This document shows positions 11,594 to 23,800 of a DNA stretch of 64,000 nucleotides, in pieces. Source of the stretch: the human T2T-CHM13v2.0 reference genome, Homo sapiens; the NCBI RefSeq assembly GCF_009914755.1, contig NC_060934.1. One strand, given 5' to 3'. Below the pieces are notes generated by a model. That model did no database searches, was not told the DNA's origin, and was given only the letters and a program-made list of their open reading frames with translations. Every line of letters begins with the position of its first letter. Within the stretch, counting starts at the first letter, position 1. Made by a program: the position numbers and the translations under genes.

Positions 11594-12535
11594 CACTTGA
11601 TATTCCATCAAGGTCTATTGGACCCAATTTTAATTTTTAGTTTGTTTTCTGAGCAGGCCTAACTATTTGCGAAGACTATTATTTTATACATTTTATTCTT
11701 TCTTAGAAGTCTTTCAAAGAACAAAGAGAACATTTACTTGTTAAAAAAAATCAGAATAAAATATTCTGTCTGTGATTACCAGATGGGTCTGTTGCATTCT
11801 TTTAAAAATGAAAGATACACTGTGGAATTTAAATGTTGTTATTTTCTGTGTTCTAAAGCATTTTGCTATTTATCATTTTAGGAACTAATTCATTACTTAT
11901 CAATTATTTCCAACTATGCTAAAAATTAACAATAAAACAGAAGTTTTTTAGAAAGATGATGCCACAGTGAAAAAAACTGTCATCCTTTAGTTGTATTATT
12001 GCGGTGCCCGAAGTATTTTATTACCTTTAAAGAAGGCATACAAGAAGACAAAGTACCATCATTGTAGTCCGCTTTTAGTTTTTGTTGAACACAGTTGAGA
12101 ATTTAAAATTTTTCATTTTCTGCCCATACTAGTAAAAAGTTGAAAGATCTTTCGCAGTAATTAGACAAATAAGAAGATGAATGCAAAGAGACAGATAAGA
12201 ATGCAAAGAGACAGATGGTAACCCTGTAAACTCTGGTGAGTTTACACTAAATCTCAGACTATGGATCTTCAGGAAATGATATCCTAAATGAATTTTTTCA
12301 AACTCTTAGATTCAGTGAGTGAACAATACATTTTTATTTTTTATTATGTTTATATGCCCCAACACTTTAAAACAAAGAGGTTTGCTATATTTAAATTCTT
12401 TTTGGAATTTGCAAAAGGTAGTTTTTGACTGACACTTTTTTCTTGTGTAAATTACTTATGATGTGATAAAGCAACTAAAAGGAACTATTGAATCATGATA
12501 AATGCTGATTACTATTGTTCTAGGTATACTGAGGA
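11594..12535. mobile_element. Probable piggyBac-superfamily DNA transposon relic (Looper-like)
   Basis: 942-bp non-L1 insert flanked by TTAA at 11590-11593 and 12536-12539; degenerate inverted termini; subterminal ggtctattggaccc quasi-palindrome; host L1 appears to resume across the TTAA. Confidence 0.6.
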
Positions 12536-14604
12536 TTAAAACTAACAGAACAGATAATAAAATTAGGTAAGAAAGATGAGAATTAAGGGCACTATGAAAG
12601 ATACATACACAAAGGAAAACACTAACAAAGATATAAACGTTCTTACCTACCAAAAGAAATAAAAGCAAAGAAATATCAAATAGGAAAAAACTCAGAAATA
12701 TGCATTATAATACATACACACAGTAATTATGACATAAAATTCTGTGACAGAGTTGAGATTCACCATAATATCAGTACATGGGAATGGGATTAACTTGTTT
12801 ATTAAAAGAAAACATTTCAACTTGCTGCATAAAACAAAACCCAAATCTATGCTTGATTTAGGAGACATTTACAACATATTGATGCAGAAACGATGAAAAT
12901 AAAGGAACAGAGAAAGATTTCATAGGTGAATGATTACAGTAAGACAGGGAATATCAAAACATTATACAAGAATACCTTATAATTACTAAAACCCACAATT
13001 CACCACAATGATATGATATATATTAGAAGAATATTATCTATACACCAGACAACCCAGCAACCACCTATAGAAAACAGAAACCACAGGCAGTGAAGAGAAA
13101 CAGTGTCACTTCAGTACAAAACAGGTCAGTCATTATTGTCAATACACGATAGGATAAAAAATAAGAAAATATCTAAAAAAATCTAAACAACATAACTAAT
13201 AAAGTTGAAGTTAAGGATGTATAGCAAACAATACAGCCCGATTATAGAGAATGTTGTCTTCTCAAATGCACATGGAAAACCCACAAAAATTGACTGAATA
13301 TATATATAAAAAATTAGTAGTTTCCCAAGAATGGAAGCATTGAAAATAAACACCTGAATATTAAATAAAATCTTTCTATTGGGTGAATGGGGAAATACAA
13401 GGAAAAATTACAGAATTTCTGAAAAATAGTGACAGTAAAAGCAACACATATAAAGATTTATGGGATACATTTAGAGCAGTTATCAGAAGTATATTTATAA
13501 CATTAAACAACTCTATTAATATGAATGAAAATAAATGCACCACATTCCCAATTCAAAAAGCTAGAAAAAGAATAGCTAAACCAACAAGTAAAGATTTTTG
13601 CATAACTTTTTATATAACTAGGAGGAGAATAAAAATAAAAGCTGAAATTAATGATGTAAGAACAGAAAAACAGATTAATTTTTTTGAAAAAAACAGAGAA
13701 GCCAGCAGCTCATTTAATCAAGAAACAAGAGAGCAAGCACAAATACACAAAACAAGAAATGACAAGGGAGAAATAATATTGATAGGATATTAAAATAGTA
13801 GACTATCTTGTACAACAATGCAATTAAATTTGAAAATGTTGAAGAAATGAATTATTTCATAGAAAGTAGCAATTTTTCAAATTGAACCCAGTAAATATAA
13901 AAAATTTGTATAAAGCACTTTCCTTAGAAAAAGTGGAGAAAGCACCAGGCCTAGATGATACCAGAGAGTAAATTTAGCAAAATCTTAATAGCTGGATAGT
14001 CTCAATGCTATGTAGGTTGTTTTAGAGAATGATAAAGGAAGGAAACTTCCAAATTTGTTTTATAAGGGAAGTATAACATTGCCACTTAAACCCACTACAC
14101 AGAAATGGAAAATTTACATATGTATATGATTAAAAATGAAATAAAACCTTTCCCCGTTAAATATCAACACAAAATTCTAAATAAAATGAACACTCCAACA
14201 CATTCTTTTCTTAATGTGTGTTGAGTTTTATTAATATATTTTATAATAAGCATCCTTGGATGCCTGGGTATACATCCCATTTAATAATAAAATACACATT
14301 AATAGATAATTAAGTATAATTAAGTGGGATATATAGCCAAGCATCTAAGGATGACTATTATGAAATATATTAATAAAACTCACTATATTAGTAGGTCAAA
14401 GGAGAAAAATGATATTATTTTCATTGGTATTAAAAAAATCACATTTCTAATAACGCTTGAGAAAATGGGAATGGATGGCTACTGTATGAACATAATAAAT
14501 ATGTTTCAATCCCAAAGCCAGCATCTTATACTTAATAAGGGAAATAAGCATTTCTATTCACTTCAAGAACAAAACAAGCGTGCACACTATCTCCAGTGCA
14601 AGAT

Positions 14605-14735
14605 TATATATATATATACACACACATAAACACACACACAACTATGTATATAACTATATATACACAACTATGTATAACTATATATATATATACACACAAC
14701 TATATAACTATGAAGTAGTAATATATATACATGTA
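14605..14735. repeat. TA/CA-rich low-complexity tandem repeat
   Basis: (TA)n, (CA)n and repeated acacaactatgtataactatatata units. Confidence 0.85.
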
Positions 14736-16151
14736 CTACTTTTTGTGTAAGGGAAGTAAAATATAGTTACACATGCTAATTTGAGCAAAAATGAACACAG
14801 GAAAGATAAACCAGAAAACAAGTATGTTGGTTATTTACAAGGGGTGGTAGAGAATGGTATGGTAAAGATATGACATGAAAGTATATTTACCTGTGTTTAC
14901 TCTTTTAAAAAAATAGTCTTGACTTAGAAACATTGATTTTTAGAATCATATTAATCATTTACATATTGAACAATTAAATAAAAAAGGAAAGGAAGAAAAA
15001 AATCATAAAACAATGTAAGCTGAAACAAATGAACCCAACTATGTTTCAAATGAATAGGATAATCATTCTGAAATGGGATGAAAAGAACTAATGCAAGTGA
15101 TTTTTGAACACAGTATTTGACTATGTGCTCTCAGTCGAGGTTTAGATGCGAAGAAGGACTGCAAACAAATCTTTGAGGTTTGTTTTTTGAAGGTTTAGGT
15201 GAAGCAATTCTGAAATTATTTTAGATATATGTTTAGACTAAAAAATAAGTAAATATATTTTTTTGGGAACCAAAGTTCTTCATGTGGAAGACGAGAACTG
15301 CAGCTATGAAATGGGGAAGTCAAGGAAGAATCCTGGCCTGGATGGATTGCAATTGGAGGTATCAGTATGAGTTTATGGTTACTTAGATAAATAGATACAT
15401 GGATATGTAGATACATAAATAAATAAGTTAATACATAGATGTAGATTCTTCTGAAAGGGCCCAGAAGCTAAGACACCCCAGTAGTAGTGAGCACACTGAG
15501 CACTCGTATTCCCAGATCTGGTTTGTAATATTTCCTATGGAAAGAAAGCAGGGCTCCTTGGAGGAGCTGATTCTATGACTGTGACAAGGAAAGTAAAGAT
15601 AAGCCAAGTACATCTTGTTATATCAAATTAAGGAAGCACTCAAGAAAACGATGGGTCATGTCAAAAGAACACAGGAATCACCTTCTAGGGGATCCCATTG
15701 GTAAAACATGGGACAATTTGAGCATTAAAATAATTTAAGAAAGAAATACATTAAAAACTATTGAAAAAATAGGAATGCATAAGCTTACACTGAGAGTAGA
15801 CAGACAGGTACAAATACAGAAGAAGGGAAGCCTCTACATAGGATGCAGACTGTCATAGCTGGAGTTGAAAAATCATTTTGCAAAAGTCATAGTAAAAGTT
15901 GGGATGGGAAAGAATCATCAATGGATGTTAAATCTGTGGGGGTGGGTATGAAATTTTTTTATGAGATATGCACGGCATTTAAGTCTCCCCTACAGATTGC
16001 TGATAAGGTGCGGGAGAAAAATCGTAACTACATAGTAGAGAAACCTGTCAATAACTTGTCTGAGTGATCAAAATTAACATCACAAACTAAGGGGAATTGG
16101 ACACTGTGTGCCTTTGTATATAATACCTACAGAAAGAGACATTACGTGTGG

Positions 16152-17500
16152 TAGAGTTCTGCAAACCAGTTCTGTAAAAGTTGAAATAGTAAATATTTTG
16201 GGCTTTGTGGACTATACAGTCTCTGTCTCATCTATTCAGTTTTGCCAATTCTGCCATTATAGGGTGAAAGCAAGCCATAGATAAGTAACTGAGTGAACAG
16301 AATGAAGAGACATTTTATGGAAAGGGGGAAAATATTCACAAATTATACATCTGATAAGAGATTAATATCCAAAATGTATAAACAACAACTTAAAACAACC
16401 CGATTAAAAAATGGGCAAAGGATCTAAGTAGACATTTCTCAAAGAAGACATACAAATGATAAGAAACACTGGCGAGGATGTGGAGAAAAGGGAGCCCTCA
16501 TACATTATTGGTGGGAATGTAAATTAGTACAACCATGATGGAGAACAGTTCGGAGGTTCCTCAAAAAAACTAAAAATAGAGTTACCAAATGACCCAGCAA
16601 TCACATTGCTAGATACATACCCAAAAGAAAGAAGATCATTATAGCGAAGAGATATCTACACTCCCATGTTTGTTGCAGTACTATTCATCATAGCCAAGAT
16701 TTGGAAGCAATCTAAGTGTCCATCAACAGGAATGGATAAAGAAAAAATGGTCCATATATACAATGGAGTACCATTCAGCCATAAAAAAGAATGCAACCCT
16801 GTCATTTGCACCATTGATGGAACTGGAAATCATTAAGTGAAATAAGCCAGGCACAGAAAGAAAACTGCATGTTCTCACTTATTTGTGGGAGCTAAAAATA
16901 AAAACAAACTCATGGAGATAGAAAAATGATGGTTACTAGAGGCTGGGAAGGGTCGTTGGTGGGGATGTGAGGATGATTAATGGGTGCAGAAAGTATATAT
17001 ACAATGAGTAAAATCCTCTATTTGACAGCACAACAGTGACTATAGTGAACAACAGTTTATTTTACATTTTAAAATAATACAGTAGAATTGGATTATTTGT
17101 GTCAAAGAAATGAATAGATGTTTGATGTGATTATTATGCATTGTGTGCTTGTTTCAAAATATCTCATGTAACCCATAAATATATACATCTATGTGACCAC
17201 AAAAATTAAAAATAAAAAAATTTATAAAGCAAAACATAAAAATGGCCAACAGATGTATGAAAACATGCTCAATATTACTAGTCATCAGGGAAATGCAAAT
17301 TAAAACTACAATGATCTATGATCTCTCCCCTCACACCTGTTAGAATGGCTGTAAAAAAGACAAAAGATAACAAGTATTGGTGAGGATGTGGAAAAGAGGG
17401 AGTACTTGTACACTGTTTCTGGGAATAATTTTTTTTTTTTTTTAACAAAAATGAGCAGCAGAGTAGGTATGACCCCACAGGACATAGCTTACCCACCCCT
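16152..17500 (+). mobile_element. MER58A split in two (~16152-16295 and ~17444-17500) by L1 insertions
   Basis: 5' part aaatagtaaatattttgggctttgtggactatacagtctctg; 3' part aacaaaaatgagcagc...catagcttacccacccct. Confidence 0.7.
16459..17225 (+). mobile_element. L1MA-type 3' end inserted into another L1 ORF2 fragment (~16296-17425)
   Basis: ORF2 end, 3'UTR and A-rich tail; degenerate TSD aaagaagacatacaaatg (16441-16458) / aaagcaaaacataaaaatg (17226-17244). Confidence 0.8.
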
Positions 17501-17909
17501 ACCTTACAGTATTGTGACTAGAAATGCCTAACCTGAAGCTAATCATGAAGCAATATCAGACAAACTTCAAATAAAGAATATGCCATCTAAAAAGAGGGAT
17601 GGATAGCTTTATTCTTCAAAAATATCCATGTTATGGGAGACAGAGAAAGGTTGAAAAATTGTTCCAGATTAAAGGAAGCTTACAAGACATGACAGCTGGT
17701 TGTTGACCACTGGTGCACAACATGGTGACAACAAATGCATGAGAACTGGTGATCCCAGACTGGATTCTATGCTGGATGAAAAATTAAAAAATGCTATGAA
17801 GGACATTATGTACTCAGTTCACAAAATTTAAATGTATAGATACATTAAAGTATTGTACAAATGTTAAATTTCTTAAAGTTGATAATTGCAATATGGTTAT
17901 GTATAATAG

Positions 17910-18232
<323 letters not shown>

Positions 18233-18290
18233 TGGTTCTTAAGAAATACACACCAAAGTATTAAGGACAGTAAGAATGATGTATACAACT

Positions 18291-18375
18291 GGGAGAGAGG
18301 GAGGGGGAGGGGGAGGGGGAGAGGGAGAAAGGGGGAGGGAGAAAGGGAGAGGAAGGGAGAGAGAGAGGGAGAAAG
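18291..18375. repeat. Pure purine (GA-rich) tract
   Basis: gggagagagggagggggagggggaggggg...gagggagaaag; ~85 nt without pyrimidines. Confidence 0.9.
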
Positions 18376-19279
18376 AATTAATGATAAACGGGAAAAATAT
18401 TGACAATTAGGGAATCTGAATGACAGGTATATGTGTATGGGGAGTTCTTTGGCTATTGCACTTTTGAAATTATTTGCAAATAAATGTGAAAATAGAAGAA
18501 GTAGATAAATGTTTTTTCATATTTGGTTATGTGGAATATATGTTTAACTGAAGATTTTAAGAATTCCCTTGAACTTGCTGTGGCAGTAAAGGAAATGTCA
18601 GTTTGTCCTTTTTTGTTATACTTAGAATTACGGCTTTTAGGGAATCTATAAATCTCAGAGGGGAATTATGTGGATGGTTTTACTAACTTGGACCATAAAG
18701 CTCTTCTGGGTTAGTCCTGTGGGAAATTTATTTCACTTTAGTTTAGCAATACCTCATAAACTTTCTAAGAATCTCAATGTGAGTCTCAAGGTGAGTATAA
18801 TATTAATGTTTTGCTTTAGTATTTTTCATGCTTTAAGAATTTTGGAGGTGTAGTTGGGAAGCCATAATTAATGTCATTTAATGTTAACTTTTTTCCTTTT
18901 GATCTAAAAATCATTAGATTTTTTCAGAAAGGTATTTTTTTAATATAAATTTATTGATACTATGAGTTTCTCCTCTGCTCTTAATATCACGTTTTTAAAA
19001 ATTCTGTGGTGAATTTTAAGTGTAAATTGGACATTGATTTTTAGCACACTGGTGTCTGAAAATAGATCCATAAAACAGATGTATTAAGTGGTGGGAATTA
19101 GGGATTTTTAATAGGAGAAATCTCCAGTTTAGAAACAATTCAATCATAGGAATCACAGAAAGCAAAATTTTATTATGTGTTGCAATTAGGCTTGGCATTT
19201 GTGGTAGAGTTTCATTTGTGCAGACCTTTTTAGGAATAATTAAGTAAAATGAAACAGTATCAATATAATGAGTAAAATA

Positions 19280-20452
19280 CAGTTATGCCATGCACAATAT
19301 TTCAATTAATCACAGACTGAATATATGATGGAGGTCTCATAAGATTATTCTGGAACTGAAAAATTCCTATCCCTGGAGATGATGTAGCTGTCAAAATGTC
19401 ATAGTGCAATGCATTGCTCATGTGTTTGTGGTGATGCTGGTGTAAACAAACCTACTTCACTGCCAGTCGTACAGAAGTATGGCACATACAATTATATATA
19501 GTACATAATATTTGATGCTGATAATAAACAACTATGTTAGTGATTTATGTGTTTACTATACTTTTTATTATTTTAGAATATACTTTTTCTACTTACAAGA
19601 AAAAAAAACTGTAAAATAGCCTTAGGCAGGAGGTATTCCAGAAGAAGGCATTATTATCATAGGAGATGAGAGCTCCATGCGTATGAATGCCCCTGAAGAC
19701 CTTCCAGTGGGACAAGATGTGGAGGTGGAAGACAGTGATACTGATGATCCTGACTTTGTGTAGGCCTAGGCTAATGTGTGTGTTTGTGTTTTTGTTTTTA
19801 GCAAAAAATTTTAAAAAATAAAAAGTGAAAAAATAGGAAAAAGCTTATATAATAAGGATTTAAGGAAAAAATTTTTATAGCTGTAAAATATGTTTGTGTT
19901 TTAGGCTGTTATTACAGAAGGATCAAAAAGTTAAAAAATTAAAAAGTTTATAAGTAAAAATTTATAGTGGGCTAAGGTTAATTTATTATTGAAGGAAGAA
20001 AAATATTTTAAAAAATTTAGTGTTGACTAAGTATACAGTGCTTATAAATTCTACAGTAGTATACAGTAATGTCCTAGGCCTTCACATTCACTCACCACTT
20101 ACCCACTGACTCATCCAGAGCAACTTCCAGTCCTGCAAGCTTCATTCATGGTAAGTGTCCTATACAGGTATACCATTTTTTATTTTTTTACACCACACTT
20201 TTACCATACCTTTTCTATATGTTTAGATACACAAATACCGTTGTGTTCTAATTACCTACAGTATTCAGTACAACAACATGCTGTACGGGTTTTTCGTTCA
20301 GGAGCAATAGGCTGTGTCACACAGCCTAGGTATGTAGTAGGCTATACCATTTAGGTTTGTAGAAGTATACTCTATGATGTTCACACAGTGATGAAATTGC
20401 CTAACAGTGCATTTCTCAGAATGTATCCTCATTGTTAAGGAACACACGACTT
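19280..20452 (+). mobile_element. Tigger3b (TcMar-Tigger / MER7) non-autonomous DNA transposon
   Basis: TA|cagttatgcc...gttaaggaacacacgactt|TA termini; internal ccctgaagaccttccagtgggacaagatgtggaggtggaagacagtgata; ~1.17 kb. Confidence 0.88.
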
Positions 20453-20814
20453 TATCATTTTAGCAAACTGCTTTGCCATTGTGACAAATGCTACTGTTAA
20501 AATTGTATACGTTTTTTTTACTTACTAAATGTTTTTAGTTTTGCTAAGTGAATTATTAAACCATATGCTTTTAAGCTATTTAGGAACTACAAAAATATTA
20601 TACATATCCTTGAAAATTTGCACTGACTATATTAAAAAGTTTTAGTAGATGTGCATTCATATTCAGAAAATTCTTATTTTTCTGTATCTGCTTAACATTC
20701 TTTCACTGATGGATATATCAGTGCCTTAAAAGGCAGCCATTCTATTACTTTATATATTTTAAACATTTTATTTATTTGGAAGAAATACGCACTCCCTATA
20801 ATTTGTACTTATAA

Positions 20815-23800
20815 CATTTTTTATTTTTGATTATTATGGGCACATAATAGTTGTATATGTTTATGAGATACATGTGATGTTTTGATACAGTCATACAATG
20901 TGTAATGATCAAATCAGGGTAATTGGGACATCCATCACTTCAAGCCTTTATTATTTTTTGTGTTAGGAACATTTCAGTTCTACTTGTTTAGTTATTTATT
21001 GCTTTTGCATCAACCTAATAAAAATATACAATAAATTATTAACTGTAGTCACCCTATTTTGCTACCAAATATTCATTCTATCTGTATTTTTGTACCCATT
21101 AACCAGCCTCACTTTATCCCCTGCTCTCTGCTACCTTTCCTAGCCTCTAGCAACTATCATTCCACTCTTTATAGTCCATAAATTCAACAATTTTTGTCTT
21201 CCACATGTAAGTGAGAATACGTGATATTTGTCTTTCTGTGCCTGGCTTATTTCACTTAACATTGCCCTTCAGTTTCATCCGTGTTGTTGCAGATGACAGG
21301 ATTTCATTCTTTTTTAATGGCTAAATAATGTTCTGTTGTGTATATGCATAGAATTTTCTTCTCATTCATCTGTTGATGGACACTTAGGTTGCTTTCGTAG
21401 CTTGGCTATTGTGAATAGTGCTGCAATAAACATGGGAACGCAGATATCTCTTTGATATACAGATTTTCTTTCTTTTGGATATATGTCCAGCAGTGGTATT
21501 GCTGGATCATGTGGTAGTTCTATTTTTAGTTTTTTAGGAACTCCAAACTATTCTTCATAGTGGTTGTACTAATTTATGTTCTCACCGGCAGTGTATGAGG
21601 ATTCTCCTTTCTCCACATCCTCATCAGCATTATTGCCTGTCTTTTGGATAAAAGCCATTTTAACTGGAGTGAGATTGTATCTCATTATAATTTTGATTGT
21701 ATTTATCTGATGATTAGTAAGTATTTTTTCATATACCTGTTTGCCATTTTTATGTTGATATGATTAGGCTTTGTGTCCCCACCCAAATCTCAATTGAATT
21801 GTAATCCCCATACTCTCCACAATCCCCACGTATCAAGGAATAGACCAGGTAGAGGTAATTACATCATGGGAGCAGCTTCCCCCATGCTGTTCTCATTATA
21901 GTGAGTGAGTTCTCATGAGATCTGATGGTTTTATAAGTATTTCATAGTTCCTCCTGTGTTCATTATCCTCCCTGCCACCCTTTGTAGAAGGTGCCTTCCT
22001 TCCCCTTCCCCTTCCGCCATGATTGCAAGTTCCCTGAGGCCTCCTCAGCCATGCTGAACTGTGAGTCAATTAAACCCCTTTCCTTTATAAATTACTCAGT
22101 CTTGGGCAGTTCTTTATAGCAGTGTGAAAACGGGCTAATAACATATGTTGTCTTTTGAGAAAAGTTCTATTCAGATCTTTTGCCCATTTAAAAATAAGAT
22201 CTTTTTTTCCCTATTGAGTTGTTTGACAACTTTGTATATTCTGGTTATTAATCCCTTGTCAGAGGGTACTTTGAAAATATTTTCTCTCATTCTGTGGGTT
22301 GTCTCTTCACTGTGTTGATTGTTTCCTTTGCTGTGCAGAAGATTTTTTTAGCTTGATGTGATGCCTTTGCCCATTTTTTGCTTTGGTTACCTGTGCTTTT
22401 GAGGTCCTACTCAAGAAATCTGCCCAGACCAATGTCCTGGAGTGTTTCTCCAGTGTTTTCTTCTAGTATTTTCATAGTTTCATGTGTTAGATGTAAGTCT
22501 TTAATCCATTTTGATTTTATTTTCGTATATGGTGAGAGGTAGGGGTCTAGTTTCATTCTTCTGCCTATGGATATCCAGTTTTCCCAGAATCATTTATTGA
22601 AGAGACTGTCCTTTCCCCAATGTATGTTCTTGGCACCCTTGTAAAAAACGAGTTGACTGTAAATGTGTGAATTTATTTCTGGAGTCTCTATTCTGTTGCA
22701 TTGGTCTATATTTCTGTTTTTATGCCAGTACAATGCTGTTTTGACTATTATGGCTTTGTAATATAATTTCAAGTCTGGTAATGTGATGCCTCCTGTTTTG
22801 TTCTTTTTGCTCAGGATGGCTTTGGCTATTCTGGGTCTTTTGTGGTTTCATATAAATTTTAGGATCATTCTTTCTGTGAAGAATGTCATTAGTATTTTGA
22901 TAGGCATTATGTTTAATCTATAGAACCTTTGGGTAGTTTGGACATTTTAACAATATTTTTCCAAATCCGTTTTTTTGTGTATTCTCTTCAATTTCTTTCA
23001 TCAGTGTCTTATAATTTCAATTGTAGAGATCTTTCACTTCTTTGGTTAAGTTAATTCCCAGACATTTTATTTCACTTGTAGCTATTTTAAATGGGATTAC
23101 TTTTTTTTGGTTTCTTTTTCAGATTGTGCACTGTTGCCATGTAGGAATGCTACTGTTTTTTTGTATCTTGATTTTGTATCCCTGCAACATTACTGGATAT
23201 GTTTATCGGTTCCAGTAGTTTTTGGAGTCTTTAGGTTTTCTAAATATAAGATCATATAATCTATAAACAAGGAAAAACTTGATTTCTTTCTTTCTATTTA
23301 GGATGTCCTTTATTTCTTTCTCTTGTCTAATTGCTGTAGCTAGGACTTCCAGTACTGCCTTGAATACAAGTGGTGAAAGGATCCTGTCTTTTTCTAGATA
23401 TTAGAGGAAAGGCTTTCAGTTTTTCCCCATTTATTATGATACTAGCTGTGGGTTTGTTGTATGTGGCTTTTAAACTATTGAAGTATGTTTCTTCTGTACC
23501 CAGTTTTTTAGTTTTTATAGTGAAAGGATTTTGAATTATTGAATGCATTTTGGCATCAATTGAAATGGCCGTATGATTTTTCTCTTCATTCTGTTGACAC
23601 CATCAGGTACTAGGCTTTTGTTTGATGGGAGACATTTCATCAGTGCATCCATCTTGCTATGTGTTATTGACCTACTCAGGTTTTGAATTTCTCCATGGTT
23701 TAATCTTGGTATGTTGCAAGTAATGTATCTGTTTCTTCTGTTTTACAGTGTATTGGCACTTTGTCTCCTAATAGTCTCTAATGATTCTTTGATTTTCTGT

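Noticed and set aside
14605-14735. Repeat-spacer-like pattern (CRISPR-like)
   Set aside because: Low-complexity TA/CA microsatellite decay without unique spacers, in a mammalian intron
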